The notes beneath the pieces are model-generated. The model was not told where the DNA came from and ran no database searches. It saw nothing but the letters and a program-made list of their open reading frames with translations. Shown one piece after another: positions 49,079-63,926 of a stretch of DNA of 64,000 nucleotides; position 1 is the stretch's first letter; each line of letters starts with the position of its first letter. The DNA comes from Monocercomonoides exilis PA203 (Eukaryota > Protista > Preaxostyla): the NCBI GenBank assembly GCA_001643675.2, contig LSRY02000016.1:1-64000 (forward strand). Reading direction: 5' to 3'. Position numbers and translations under genes: made by a program.

Positions 49079-49628
49079 TTAATAGCTATTCATTTAAAAA
49101 CAATTGAAATATTTACACTTCCTTAAAAAGATGAATGGAAAAGAGATTCATTTCTTGACATTCTTTTTGATGCTGCTACCGTTCCTCTTTCTCTCTGAAA
49201 CAGTCTTTCTGTTTCAGAATAGTTATGTTAAGAGAAAGAGGCAATATGCTTTTATAAAGGCAAACATAAGTACAAAATATATACATATTTTTCCTGCATC
49301 TGAACTTTTTATTGCTTAATTATTTCGATAGAAGTGGGTTGCGTTCATTTCATTAATTTTAAAGTTTGTTTTTGTTGCAATCCTATTGCTAAAATTTTCA
49401 TCTTTTTTGATATTCTCTCCAAAATTGTTTCTCCAGACTTCTCATTTCATTCATTTCATCCAATTTAATCGGTCTTTGTTTTTTTATCAAAGTTTTAGTT
49501 ATTTCTTTACAAATATTAAATCACTTTTTTCCCCACACGAAATTTGCCCATTGTCTTCACTTGGAGCGCCTTTATTACAAATGTTAATTAATTAAATTTG
49601 GAATAATTGATCATTTCTTTTATTAATC

Positions 49629-50468
49629 ATGGGCTGTGGTGGAAGCAGGAAGCTAGAGCCTCATGATTCATTAATTGATAAACCTATAACAGTTGAATCT
49701 GTAACATTTTATAGGTATTTTAAAGTATTGGTTTTTCATTTGTGAACAATGTTTTTATTCTTCCAATTTTTATTTTTTTCATGATAATTTACAGATCAGA
49801 TGACACAGGAATGCCAAGTGAGAGTGTCGATGGATTATTTTTCACTAACGGTGTTAAAGTTTTTGGCTTTTGCATGTTAGGATTTATTTTTTGTTTTCAG
49901 ATTTGAAAATACATGCACGCTGTGTTCTTTCTCATGTGACGGTATAATTTCTTGAGATCAAATTTTTATTTATATATAATTAACTATATTTATAGGAAGG
50001 TTCATATGGAAGTGTTTCTTGGATATGCATGTTTGCAGAATTTATTTGTTTTAATAATTTATATTTTCTCTAACAATTGATATGAAGTGACTCACATGGT
50101 GCAGGTATATTTCACATATGATTCATTATGTAAACATTTTATTTATATTGATCATGACACAAATTTGTTTATTTTAAGCTGTATACTTTTATTTTCTTCT
50201 TTTTTTTGAAATCATATTAAATTTTTCCTTATTAGCCACCGGATTATGAAATTGTTTCTTGTAACTTATCTAGTCTTCTTATGAATATAATTGATACTCA
50301 TGCTGAACTTCCTCGGTACGAATATACTTATATATATTAATTTTTAATGAAAATTTTTATTTCAGGCCATGGCCAGTTGGAAAATACGAATTACGACTTT
50401 TTATTAATGACAAATTGCTTTTGAAAGCACCTTTTAAGATTGTTGAACCTCCATCTGAGATTCTTTAA
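49629..50468 (+). CDS. Small N-acylated (MGCGGS) beta-sandwich-like protein, ~139 aa; exons 49629-49714, 49795-49850, 49901-49941, 49996-50030, 50088-50104, 50179-50180, 50236-50315, 50366-50468
   Basis: Missed by the ORF track. GT-AG introns of 50-80 nt join in frame: MGCGGSRKLEP..WICIDSHGAAPPDYEI..PWPVGKYELRLFINDKLLLKAPFKIVEPPSEIL. Confidence 0.8.
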
Positions 50469-51001
50469 GGAAAGAAAGCATTTGCTTTTTTAAATTGCAG
50501 AAGATTTCAACGCTTTTATCGATAAACTTTTTAAAGCGTTAAATCTCAAGAAATTAGAAACTCATTTAAACTTGAAGTATTCATATCTATTTTATTCTTG
50601 TGTATTTTATCATTACGTTTATTTTTTTATTTTTATTGAAGACGTTTTTGTGTTTGTATGTAAATATCTGTTTCATGTTTAATGCACATCACTTTAATTT
50701 CTATCTTTGCTCTCGTAAATTTTGACCAAGATTACAAGTCAAAGACATTTTTCCTCGAAATTTCTGAAATCTTTAAAAATAATAATTTGAAACGCAAAAC
50801 TATAATACAAGATAAAATTGTGAAGTTAAAAAAAAAACTAACCCGTAAATAACAAAATGATTTCAATGAAATTTCAAAAATTCTACAAACAACAATACAA
50901 AAAAACATGCAAAAGAGCAAATTTACAGACAATAAACAACATTAACAAATAAGAAAAGCAATTTCAAAAATTCAATGTCCTCCTATTTTCATCAGCAGAT
51001 T

Positions 51002-54000
51002 CTACAAAGAAAGCTCTGAAGAATTGTATCTCTTCAGTAACAGCAATATTTCATTCAATCGTTCTTCGTAAGCCTTAGCATCTTGTTCATTTTTCGCATT
51101 TTCTGTCTCTTTTCCATTCTTCAGCGCAACCGACAATATTGTCACAGGTGCTTCATTTCTCCTCCTCATTGCTTGTGCTTTTCCTCTCAATTCATCTACA
51201 GCCGAACGACAGGCAATCTGCTCATCTTCCACAACACGCATCATGTCTGTTGTTCCCCTTCGCAGCGCTGTCTCAAAGAGAAAGGCGCTTAAAGGATAGC
51301 TCAAAGAGGAAAGAAGAGGCAATAGTGTGGAGTATAAAAGAGAAGAGAGAGTAGAAGGCTTGCAAAGATGGATAATGTGGGATGATTTAATAAATGACGA
51401 AGAAGAAAAAGAAGAGGAAGAATACGATGATGACAATGAAAAAGAAGAGGATGTAGATTGTGGATGTGGAGTCAGTGAATAAGAAAAAGAAGAAAGAATA
51501 TTCGAAGAAGGTGAAGCCGTTGGGGAAATGGATGGAGAAGCATTTGGGGAAGAAGATGGAGAAGAAGAAGGAGAAGGCATCAATGAAGGACGCTTTTGAT
51601 AAGGGAAGAAGCCATAAAGCCATTCATGCACCAGACTGAGAGAATAAGAAGAGGAGAGAAGAGAAGAAGGAAATCTGAAGCAGAACAAACGAGAAGACAA
51701 TGAAGAAGACGACTTCTGGAGCGATAACGAATGCATCACAGAATTATATTCCGTTTGGGATTGTCGAAGAAGCGTGGCAGTGTGAGGGAGCAATGCCACA
51801 ACAGAGTCAGATATTATTTGATGAATATGTGCTGCTCTTTTATCAACTTTGGATGCATTCAATAACATTTCAGTGTTTTCCTTGCTAATCCAGTTGATTT
51901 GTGGATTCTGCGCAAAAAACAACGATGCCCAACAAAGAAAACAACACTTTAACACGTTTATTGGGGAACAGTTTCGCATCTGGCTATTTTGCGACAACTG
52001 AGATGCATTCGAAATGAATGGACCGAATGAAGATGGAACTGAGATAAATGGATGCTTGCTTATCAGATTAGCGGGTGAATCAAATCGACTTAGGAAGTCG
52101 TCAAACAAATCAGCAGCAAGAAGAAACGAATCGGCGGCAGACAGAAGACAAACCACTTTCAGCTCCGATGAAACAGGACAAACTTCAACACCGGATGGAT
52201 TCAAATCAGCAGATGAACTCCTTTTGCTTTGTACGTTATGCTTTGCCAGGGACGACTGAATCTCTGTGAATAAAGAATGTTCCACGTAAGTTGGTGAAGT
52301 TGAAGACGACTGCAGTGAAGAAGATTTTTGTGGTTGGAGCACTTGCGGTTCACTTCCATTTGAAAATACATCTTCCTTGAAAACGTGAGAAATGCTGTTG
52401 GCTCTTAGTCTCTGGGTCTGATTGTTTTGAGAAGATGTCTTTTGGCTCAAATATGCTTTTGATGCAACTGATGCAGCTTTATTATTTGAGAAGAAACTCA
52501 TTTGCAGATCAGTTCTTCCGCATGCTATTTGAATAGAGGTGTATGCATTGCCCATTGAATCCAAAGCAGCGCTGAAAGAACAACCAAAATGCTGAGCCAC
52601 AAAGTGGATCAGCAGATTCAAGTGCTGAACAGCAATTGGCATTGCTATTTCGCTCAGCGAACGCATTCGTCGTTTCAGTGCGGTGCGACGAGAAGGAGAC
52701 GCCGACGGAGAAATAGGAGGAGTAGAAGACTGAGAAGACAAATCAGATGATGATTCAAATGGAGTTGATGCCTTTGAAGATGAAGAGGAAGACAAGGAAA
52801 GCTGGGCAGGGTCTCGTGGAGTTGCTGGAGGAGTAGCAAAGGAAGGGAGAGGAGACTCCACGATGAATGAAGAAGGAAGGCTCGTATTTGAAAGAGGCGG
52901 AATGTGTGTCGACGTGATGATAGGAGAAAAAGAACTGGAAAAAGAAGAAATAAACAGAGGAGAAGAACTCAGCGGAGATTGAATCGTTTGAGAGTGATTG
53001 AGACGTGATGGCTGTGGCTTTTCAATTGTTAATACATTTGAAGTGCTTTTTGCTGAGGGTTTGAGAATATTGTTTGCTTCTTGTTCTGCCACTCGCTTCA
53101 GATAGTCTTTCAACAAATATGCCTTTTTTATCTGATTCAACGAAGAAGTGATTGTTCGATAAAGAGCATGGCAGTCAGCTTCATCCTTTTTGATTTCTTC
53201 TTCGCAAATTTTGTGAAGTTCGCAATGAAACCGCTGCACTTCACTCTCCAAATCCAGTTGAGATGCCTCTGATAAAACATCTTTCATATTCCTAATTATG
53301 TCGCATATTTTCACAACCTCTTGTTTCTGCTGAAGGATTTCAGCTCCTTTTGACAAGCAATACAATTCATTCAGTTTGTTGTTGGCTTCCATCATCTGCA
53401 AAAGCAGCATAAATGATGACGAATCACCAACTGTTTGTAGAGCATCCACAAAAAGATGAGGAGAAAATGGAGCAATACCAAAAATATTCGACAGAAATAA
53501 AGAAAGAAGGTGCGGTTTGTAAAACAATTCATAACGTGAATCTGGATAAAGTGCTTGCTGATTGAATGAGCAAACAGGAGAGTCAAGAAATGTTGGTGTC
53601 AAAAACGAATTTTTTGATTGTTTTCGATTTAAAATTCCACTTGTACTTAATTTTGATACGGATGAGCGTAATCCTTGTTTATGCTTCTGAACATCGAAAG
53701 TTGTGGAAAACACAGAAAATATCAGAAAACGGAGAGTTATTGAAAGAGATACAGCTGACAATGAAGGGTCGAATTTAGAAGAACTACTTCGCTTATTTGA
53801 CAATAAAAAAGATCGAAAGGTGCGAAAAGAATTGTTTGAAGAGTCGAGAAGATGAAAAGAAAAACACAGGAAAAATACGACTGACTGCACACTCGACAGA
53901 AAGAGCTCGCATTGGCTCATGTTCAAAGATTGAAGTAACTGAAATTCAGACGGAAGGGGAAACTGAAATGGAGTTGCTGGTGCAAAGCGGACGGAGGTTG

Positions 54001-57000
54001 ATGACAAAGAAGAAATCGAAGATGCACCCGGAGAATGTGGTAAGGAAGAAGATGAGGAGGAAGAATTCGAAGAAGATGAAGAAATAGATGAAGATGAAGG
54101 TGAAAGCGAAGGAGAAAAAGAACTTGAAGAGAGAAGAGGAGAGGCAAGCAATGGCGCAATAGGAGATGAAAGTGTTGGAGTCTTTTGAGTTGGCTGAGTG
54201 AAGGCTGTGACGAGTCGAGTGCAAAAAGGGCGTCGAGCAGATGTTTGATTCGAAGAAGATGGCAACAATATGGAAGATTGAATGCTAAGTGGAAGAAAAG
54301 AGAAAAGTGAAAACATTGAAGTGAAGAAGTGAGTGATAATGGAAGATGGAAATGTTTGATGGTTTGGAAAGAGAAGAGAGAAAGCTGCTTGCTTCGGCAA
54401 AGGTGAAGACGAAGACGAAGATAAAGCTGAAGAAAAATCATTTGAAAGAAGTTCAAGACAGAGTGAGTGAAGTGGTGAAAGAGAACAAGAATCCAATTTG
54501 GGATTTGTTTGAGGATTCGAAAAGATTAAAGAGCTGTCATTTGAAGCATACAAAGAATGACCAACTTCTTCTTTGATTTCGATTTCTTCTTCCAAAATCA
54601 GCCTCTCTTGGAACGGTAGCAACGGAGATTCAGTCATTTTCTCCCACGCTCCACAGACAAACAGCCTGCGAAGCAACGAAGTCACAAATTGTTCTTGTGT
54701 GACTGAAAGAGCAGAAAGAAGTGGGCGTAAAAGAAACAGCGAGTGAGGATGTGATGTAATTAGTGATATGATTGAAGAGGTGTGGAAGCAGAACATTGGA
54801 GGAACAATTGTTGGGAATATTGATTGAGCAAAAGAATGCTCAGCTGATTGTGAAGAAGAAGAAGATGAATAAGAACTTGAGGAAGAAAACGATGAAGGGA
54901 ACGATACACTCTTTGCAGATGCTTTTTCAGAAGTGTTTTGAAGGTCAGAATTTGAGAGAATGACTTGTGTCTGAAACTGAGCGTTGTTTGTGAAAGGAAG
55001 AGAGTATGAAGAAGACGAAGTAACATTCGCTGAATAAGTTCGATTTGAAGGGAAACCTAATTCCATCGATTCGTGAAGAGGATTCAATCCTAAAGCAGCA
55101 AGTGAGAGCACAGGAGAAGGAGCATGCTCAGGAGAAATCTCATTCAGAGATGCCAAACACTGACCTCCATTACTGTTTGTTTTCACTTTTGATGAATTTT
55201 CAACATCTTTTTCATTAATGTTATTGACATTCAACTGAGACGCATCAACTTCATTTTTATCCTTTGCATCTATTTTTCTTTGGTGTTTGGAGTTTGAAAG
55301 TGATCGTGCATTGTAAACGGCATGTGAATTCAGAGAAATGAAAAGAAGATCAACAATTGTCAATGATAAGATGCTTGAAGATTCAAAAGGACGAACCAAA
55401 AGAAGAAGGCGAATCAAACAAAGACGATAAAAGAAATGTTTCAGAACATCACAAGAAATTGGATTCATTTCAGATGAAGAGTGATTCGATTCATCAGAAC
55501 CTGATGTGGATGAGTTGTCAAAAGTCATCCTTCTATCTTCATTTTCAGTTTGCTGCTCATTTGGCTCTAACTTATCTGTAGACGAAAGAGGATTGCTTGT
55601 GGTGATGTTACTTGTCAGAAGGAAGAATAGAAGCAACAACGTATCTGTATGAAAACAAATATCAAAATCAATGTGAAGAATTGTTGATATGATGCACATG
55701 ACTGTAACAAGAAGAGGAAAATGGCAGACAAAAGAGGAGGTGCATTTTTGTATCGAAGTGACAGCAGAGGCGACGGAGAAAAGACTCTCAAGGAAAGAAG
55801 AATGTGCTGATTTTGAAGAAGCACAAAGCAAACTAACAAAATTGGGGCACGAATTTGAAAAGTTTAAAATATTTGCTTTTTCCTTTTCTTTTTCTGTTAA
55901 AGATGCTTTAAGCAAAGCCAGCAATTGCTCCAACAGACGGTTTGTTGTTTTTTCCAGTTGAGCTGGCTCAAATTCTGAAGCCTCCTTCCTTTTTTTCTTG
56001 TCGAACGTTTGTTTGTCGTTTGTATTCGTTGAAGCAGTCTTGCCTTTTGCTGCAACCTCTTCCTTCCCTTCAGAATCAGCTTCGTTATTTGAAGCAAATA
56101 AAGACGTGCTCGAACGTGCAAGTGTGAAGCAAAGCTGCCCAACAAACAAAGAGGGCGAAGGGAACAGAAATGTAGAGGACGCTGAGAAAGATGCAGATCT
56201 GCCAGAAGATGTCGTTGAGGATGCAGATAGAACAGGCAAAAGAGTTGTGAAAGGAGAAAGAAATGGAGCTGTTAAATGATTTTTATTTTGAAACTGGTTT
56301 GATGTTTTATTTGATTCACTAAGTATTTCTGAGAAGATGAGCTCTTGCTTTTGCAATACAGACTGTGACAGTTGCTGCTGCTGCGTTTTAATTAGAAGTG
56401 CTCCAACTTTCCATTTTTTGACGATCTCTTCTGCTTCTGAGACTTTCCCCAAATACAAAAGCGAATGAACCCCATTCTCAAGAGAAGACTGTGGAGGAAC
56501 AGGAAGCGAAACAAGGCAAACTTCATTACCCAATCCATCACCAGATTGTGGCGAGGCAGATGAGGATGGCGAATTCGCACTTCCCTTTGTCTTTAGCTTG
56601 CTCCCCTTTCGTTTAGCAACAAACAGACGAGTCCAACACTGCGGAGGGAGATCAATTCCCACAGAAAGTGCAAGTGACCGAAGAGACATATCGCTCAGCA
56701 TCGACTCAATCAGCATTGCTCTCGCTGCAGCTGGCGAAGATGCTGCCGATTTTGATGGGCAGACTGAAGCAGAAGGAGTCGCAATTGTTGCAAGAAGATC
56801 GGCTGCTCTTTGGGTGATGTACTTTTTGCTTTCCAGAGACAAATGCGGTAGACCTCTTGTTTCGTGTGTTAGCTCAATCTTTTGAGTACATCCAGATGCT
56901 TCTATTGAACTTTTGATTAAACAATGTTTCTTTGGCTCCTCTGTTGATTCATTTGACGGCTCATTTTCATGAACATTGTTAAAAACCTGATTCGCGTTGT

Positions 57001-59707
57001 TGCTAAAAGACTCGGTCAAATAATCGGAAGAGACTTCACTGAAAGAGAGCATCAAAACAGAACTGACAAAAGGATTCTTTGTTCTTTTCTGTATCAAATC
57101 ACATAAATAATTACATAACTCCAATTCTGACACAGTATCATCTTCAACATTATCCTTGTTGCCTTGTATTTCGCATTGATTTCCTTTACAGTCTTCGGAT
57201 CTTATTTTTTCACGATAGAAAGTTGAAGTATTATAAGCATCAAAATATTCATCTTCATCCTCCATATTCATATCTACGTCACAAAATAGAGTTTTTTCGG
57301 AAAATTGCTTCAGCCATGTGCGAATAAGTGAAACGCACAAATCCACAACTCGAGAATCTGTAAGTGGAGTCGAAAGAGAAAGAAGCTTGTTTATACGTTT
57401 GATGAATGAACTACGATGAGTACACAAAACTTTTCGTTCTGTTGCATTGCCATTATCGCTGCTTTCGAGGGTCCGTTCGTCACAAAGACGAAAAATAGAA
57501 CAAACATCCTGCTCAAAAGTGCTTAAAGTTGATTTGACACCTACAGATTCTGACAGAAATTGAACGCTGTTTACATCTCCTGTTAGAACTTCACCTTTGT
57601 GTTTCTCATTGCATTTTCCATCTTTCTGCTTTTGCTGCTTTCGAAGAATTGTTAAATCTGATAGTGACAAGCAATCAGCATCATTATTCATGCTGATTTC
57701 ATCTTTTTCAAAGTCAATTTTGCGATTGCTTGATTTTTTCCGTAGTTGCTCAAGTTCAAATTCTTTCTTCTGTTTCATTTCAGCAAGCTTTCCCAACAAT
57801 CCAAAATCAACATCCCCAAACATCATATCTGACATAATGTGCTCCTTCAAATTGCATTTCTGACAGAGCTCTGAGATACTATTTTTATTTGCTGGATTGT
57901 CAATCTGCAAATTATCTGCATATTCATTTTTCTTGCTTTGACTAAATGTGGGAGATATATTCAAATTCTCATCTGAACTAATTTCCTTTTCATAAGTGTG
58001 CTCATCAATAAAAGTAAGATTAGTTCTTTCTAAAGGCGCTTCATTTGCTGTTATGAAATAAAGAAATGGAGTAAAAATGGCAGGCGCAAGGTGAATTGCA
58101 CACAGTCTAATGACGCTGCACAAAAAGGGTCGATGCTTAAAGCAAATTGGATACAATGAAAAATATAACGGAGATCGCTTATTTGAAATTTGTGAAGACA
58201 AAATTGAAGATGAAGTCGAATGAAATGATTGCAGTGTTTCGTTAATGCTTGCTTGACATTCACCTTCCCCTCCAGTTGCACAACACATCCATTCCACAAA
58301 CCATTTTGGATAACCGTAATTTGTAGGTTTCGATTCTAATGAAGCTTTGGTGTTGCACAAACTAATTTCTACTGATTTATTGCTTTCTTGAATATCATTT
58401 GTGAAAACCTTTTTGCTTGAGCTTGATTGCAGGCCAAAACTTTGGTTGTTGTTTAACGCACTTTTGGTGTCACTTGCGTCAACGGCCATTTCTGTGATGT
58501 TATTCTTTTTTTCAAATTCAAATTCTTCTTCGTCCAAAATTAGAACTTTGTGTTTCATCAGTAGTGTTTGCAAGTATCTTCTTTCTGTTTGATTCAGCGC
58601 ATCTAATATCAGTCCGCATATGAAAATAACAGATATTCTCTGAAGCCATTCTCCGCTTTCTCGAGATTTGTAAATAGGTTCTTCAGAACTCAAATCACGT
58701 AATTCTTGTTTTTGCTCCGAAACTTGAATTTTTAAATAATTTTCTTCATCTTCTTCTTTTTCTTTGCTCCGATTGCAAATCTTTGAATCATCCGATGCTC
58801 GAACAGTAGAAGCATCTGCAATGGTAGTTAGAAGTGTATTCGAACCAAATGTTTCAGTATTTTTACCATTTGTGAATTTGCTCTCTGTTTTGTGATTTTC
58901 ACTATTATTCATATCATTCCCTTCATCGCATTCATCTTCTAATTCTTCAAAGCTTTCTTCTTCTTCGTTCTCTTCATCGCTATTCTCTTCATCCTCCTCC
59001 TCTCCGCTTTCATCGCTTTCTTCATTTTCAATATTCTCATCCGCATCATCATCATCACTTTCATCATCTCCACAACGGCTAGAGACGCTAACACATTCAT
59101 CTATATCAAAAAGATTAAGTTGATACCCTTCCCAAAAAGAATTAAAGCTCTCAAAAAACGCTGCTAGATCGTTGAGGGCACGAGTTTCTTGACCAAGTCT
59201 GAGTTCTCGATGAAACTTCACAAGATGAACGAGTGGCGAAGTTGGAATAAACATCTGAAAACAACGAAGAAGCGAAAAATGTCGACAAAGAAGTGTCTGA
59301 AATATACAGTGTGTATAAAATTCAATATGAGAGATTGGAAATTTTGCTTTCAATTGAAAATTTTCATCTGTTTGAGAATGAAATGAAGATGCATAAAGCC
59401 AAGAAATCATTGCATCATAAGGGCAATATCGCAGATGAGTTGAAAAGAATCTTTCAATGATAAACGGACAGTGCGTAGTTTTAGCCCTTTGACATATGTA
59501 AGATGACAGTGCATCGCCAACGTTTTTCGATATGTTTTCGTCTTTAAATATTTGCGATGATTTTCGAAGTTGTATATAAACATGGTAAATAATAATTTAA
59601 AATAAAATAGCAAAATTAAGAATGAATCATAATTTTAATATAATGAAATATTTGAAATTAGTTAAAATGCGAGGATGATTCAAAAAAATCATACCATTAC
59701 ATATCAT
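51002..59707 (-). CDS. Very large Ser-rich hypothetical protein (>2800 aa)
   Basis: Uninterrupted ORF 59410-51002 is open upstream to 59541. Probable 13-nt first exon 59707-59695 with GT-AG intron 59694-59542 (MICNDENISK..). No family recognised. Confidence 0.8.
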
Positions 59708-59889
59708 CCTCAAACAAAAATTGGAAAAGGTATTTTTTAGCCAGCCGTGGTAACAAACAAGAAATTTGTTGTTTCTATCGTTTTTAAATAGAAGTTTTAT
59801 TATTTTGGAAATTATTAATTTATTTTGGTTTCACAATTTTGATTTTACCATAACACGTTGTTTGAATCTGATCTTTTCTAAACTCCAAA
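59708..59889. promoter_or_regulatory. Probable bidirectional promoter
   Basis: Only ~180 bp separates the two divergent predicted start codons. Confidence 0.45.
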
Positions 59890-62800
59890 ATGACATCTCC
59901 AGACCGCTATCGTTCTCGAAAAGCTGCATTGCTCTATTCTGAAGAAGACTTTAATGCAACGCCTTCTAGAGTTAGCAAAGAGACAGTTTTAAAGGTTTTG
60001 ATACATTGCATTCTAAATTAAAATTTTCAAAATAAAAAATGTTTTTTTAGCAAGTTGATGAAGAGTTTCGGCAATCTCATCCATTCACACCACAAATAGA
60101 TGAAGTTTCCAAACGCCTTGCAACGAAACACGTATGCCTTTTTGGCGTTCATTTTTGGATAATTATTTATCAATTTATAAAAATTGCTCGTATTTGTTTT
60201 CTATTATAGCCTCGAAAACAACAGGCAAAACCAAAGCAGTGGCGTTTAGAAGAAGATGAAAAAGATTTAGAATGCACATACAAGCCAAAAATCACAGTAT
60301 GTTCCTTGATTTAATTCGAAAATAATTTAATATTTAATACCATATTATTCAGCCTTACAACTTTAAGGACGATTACGTTAGCACTCCTGTTGTAGAAAGA
60401 TTGTTTGTCGATGCTGTTGCAAAGAAAGAAAGTGAGCAACAACTTTTGAAGCAAAAAATTGCAGAAGAAGAAGAAAAGGAAGTTGAAGGTTGCACGTTTC
60501 ACCCAGTTATAAATGAGCAATCACTTCAAATTGTTGCAGCGGCAACATCAAGAGCGGAAAATGGAGAAATGGGAGAAGATAGTGATGACTTTGGGATGAC
60601 TGAAAGGGCTCCTTTATTTGAACGGGCAGCGATGCTAGAACGGGAGAAAAAGGAAAAATTAAATAAAATGAGAATTGAAGCTGAAATGAATAATGAAAAT
60701 TTGACATATGCACCGAAGATATCTTCGCAAACGAAAAAAATAATTTTAAAATCATCGAGAATGGGGCCAGGTTTTATTCAAGAAGATGTTGTCAAAAGGA
60801 TGGCAAAAGAAGATGTTTGCAACATGCTGTTTATGAATATATAAAAGTTATTTTCCCCTTCTGTTTTGGGCAATTTGTAAATTTTATATTTCTTTTTTTT
60901 TAAAAATAATCAATTCTTTATAAATTTGAAATCATTCAACATTTCAGCAAGAAGCTGCACAAGAGAAAGAGCGTATTCGGCAAATGGAAAAGAGGAAGGA
61001 GAAAGAGACCAAATACACATTCACTCCACGCATCAATCCTCTTTCATCGAAGCTTGTACAGCGCTCAAGTTCATTTATGGGGTCACATGCAGATTTCTTA
61101 CGTCGACAAGAAGCGAAAGAGGAAGAAAAAAAGTTGAAATTGTCAGTCGCCACTCAAAGAGCTCTGGGGGGACAGTGCACGTTCAAGCCACAAACACACT
61201 CAGCAGAATATTTAAAGCAGAGGGAAAGAGAATTGGCAAGAGAGAAAGAGAGAAGAAAAAGAATAGAAGAGCTGGAGAAGTCGCAAAAGATGAGCATGAT
61301 TGAAGGGCTGGTTGAAGAAAGCGAAGAAGACGAGGAATCCAACGAGCAAGATAAGCAAAAGGACGACCAGTCATCAGAAGAAGACAGCACGTCTTCAGAC
61401 GACAGCGAGAGCAGCAAGAGTTCTGGAGAGAGGGGGAATGAGCAGACATCTTCTTCACAGAAGCGGATGCAGGAGAAGCAAGTGCCGCGCTACGGGAGGT
61501 CGCAGTCAACACCTCGTTATGGCGCAGACGGGGCAATGTCATCGCGCAGCAGAGCGGCTTCTGCCAGGCAGTCGACAGAAAGAGGGATGGACGAGGAGAA
61601 AGAGAAGGAGGAGGAGGAGAGAATACAGGCACTGGCTGGTATTCTGAACGAGACGCCGCAGCAGCGTTTGGAGCGGCTGGCGAAATACGACGTGGAAAGG
61701 CGGAAGAACGAGGAAGAAAAGCGGAAGCAGGAAGCGCTGCAGAAAGCGAAGGAAACCGCGAAGCCTCGCATCAACCCGCGCAGCAAGCAAATGACGCAGA
61801 ACAGGACTTTGAATGAGCTTGTTTCGGGTGCATCGACACAGCGTGCGAGGGAAGAGGCAGAAGAGGCGAGGGAAAGAGAGTTCGCCAGGCAGTACACGTT
61901 CCGCCCTACGCTTTCAGCAACATCGCAAATGGCAGCGTCGTCGGAAGGGGTGAAGAAGAAGCGTATGCTGTCGTCGCTGTCTGCCCTCGATGCGCACATC
62001 AACGAGATGAACAGGCAGAAGCAGCTTCTGCTGGAAAAGGAGCGAGGCGAGCGAGAACTGAAAGAGATGGCAGAGTGCACATTCAAGCCAGCCATCAAAG
62101 AGTCGAGGCGCAGTCTCTCTGCGACGAAGAAGGGGCCTGTGTACATCCGCGGCCTGATGCACCATCTGGAGATGCAGGACATTGCGAGGCGGATCGAAGC
62201 AGAGAAGAAGGAGATGCTGGAGCGCATATCCATACACGGCTCGACGATCTCTCCGGCCCGCTCGTCAGGCTCGCTCTCAAGCACAACCAGCTCAGACGGC
62301 AGAAAGAGCGGAGCGTCGGCTGGCGGCGAGAAAAGGAATGGGAAAAAGGGAGGTGCTGCTGCAGCACGGCCATTTTCCGCATCAACCGCGTCGCAGCAGA
62401 GAACACCACAGCGCCGGCCTCAGACAGCACTGGGGCTGGGCAATTCTTCTTCTTCTTCTTCTTCACAAAACACATCATCACCTTCATTCACAGCAACCTC
62501 GACATTCTCCCCTACGATCTATTCCTCACCTCGCAGCAGTCTGAATCTGCGAGGCTCGTCGCAGCAGACGTCGTCTTCTCCTCTGCCGGCGTCGCATTTG
62601 GAGGCGAAGCAAAGAAGGCAGGAGCAGATGCGGATGAGCGGGAGGAGCAGAAGCACAGAGCTTAGCAGAACAGGAAGAAGTCGCAGCAGAAGCGGCAGCA
62701 GAACAAGAGGAGGAGGGAGGAAAGGAGAAGGATACGGCGCAAAGGGAAGGAGAGCATCAGCGCGGAGAAGAAAGAATGGAGGAGGCAGAAGCAGAGGCAG

Positions 62801-63926
62801 AGGCTCCGAGGACGATGGCAACGACGAGGACAGCTCAAGCGGAGATTCAGAGTATGGATTGAGCGACAGCTATTATGACGACTCGGACAGCGACGATTCG
62901 ATCGAAGAGCTTATTTTGCGTGCGACGATGACTCCGCGCGAGAGAAAGCTGTTTGACTCGAAGAAGAGAGAAAGAGAACTGATAGCGTCGAAAGACAAGT
63001 GGAAGAGCGGCGATGGGACGATGAAGCGGAAGGGGGACGAGCAGATAAAGCCGACGCGCCCGACCATCTTCAGCGAGATAGTCGATGCGCCTGCGAAGGA
63101 GAAGGAGAAGAGGCAGAGGCTGCTTAACTCCACGCGGGCGCAGCAGACAGCGGCAGCGTCATCAGCACAGCAAGGCCGCGGTGGAAGAGGATTCCGCGAC
63201 GGAGAATCGAGTCCGTCTGGGCTGAGCTACTCGCCGTATGCGGGTGGCAGCAGCGGGGCAGACGACGAGTGGGGCAAAGAGGGACGCGGGGGCAAGAAGA
63301 AGCAGAGCGTGAAGAGGAGCAGGGGAAGGCAGCTGCAGACGGTTGATCAGAAGCTGCTTTTGTCGACTCTGATGGACGACGAGTCGAGCGACATGCTTTC
63401 GTCGTCGAGCGAAGAGGATGTGCGATGGAAGGAGCGGACCATCAAGCGGAAGGAGAAGCTGCAGAGGGAGAAGGAAAGGCACGCAGAGTTCGAGAAAAGG
63501 CTGGCGGAGGAAGAGAGGAAGGCGAAGGAGGAGGAGGAGGAGCGCAAGAGACAGGAAGAAAGAGAGGAAAAGGAGATGAGGGAGAAGGCGATGGCTGCTG
63601 CGCTGAGGGAGCAGGAGAAGCAGAAGGAGAAAGAGGAGAGGAGGAAAGCGGAGGCGCAGCGGAGAGAAGAGGCAGCCCTGCGGAACAGCCGAAAATACGG
63701 ATACGGTGCGGGGGTGAGAGGCAGGGCCAGAGGGAAAGAGAACTCCACACCCACAGGCAGAAGGAACTTGTCTGCATCTTCGCTATCTCCGTCCCTTTCG
63801 CCGTCGATGTCGACTTCTCGTTCTCTGTCGGCCTCGTCTTCGTCTTATTCGCCCTCTCCGTCACCTTCCATCGCTCGCACTCCTCCTCGCCCTGTCTCTT
63901 CACGAACAACAGCTGTTCGAGCTTAG
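59890..63926 (+). CDS. Coiled-coil protein with repeated (C/Y)TFxPxI motifs, probably cytoskeletal or flagellar; exons 59890-59994, 60051-60131, 60210-60296, 60353-60814, 60948-63926
   Basis: In-frame GT-AG introns. Repeats HPFTPQI, CTYKPKI, CTFHPVI, LTYAPKI, YTFTPRI, CTFKPQT, YTFRPTL, CTFKPAI. Confidence 0.82.
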
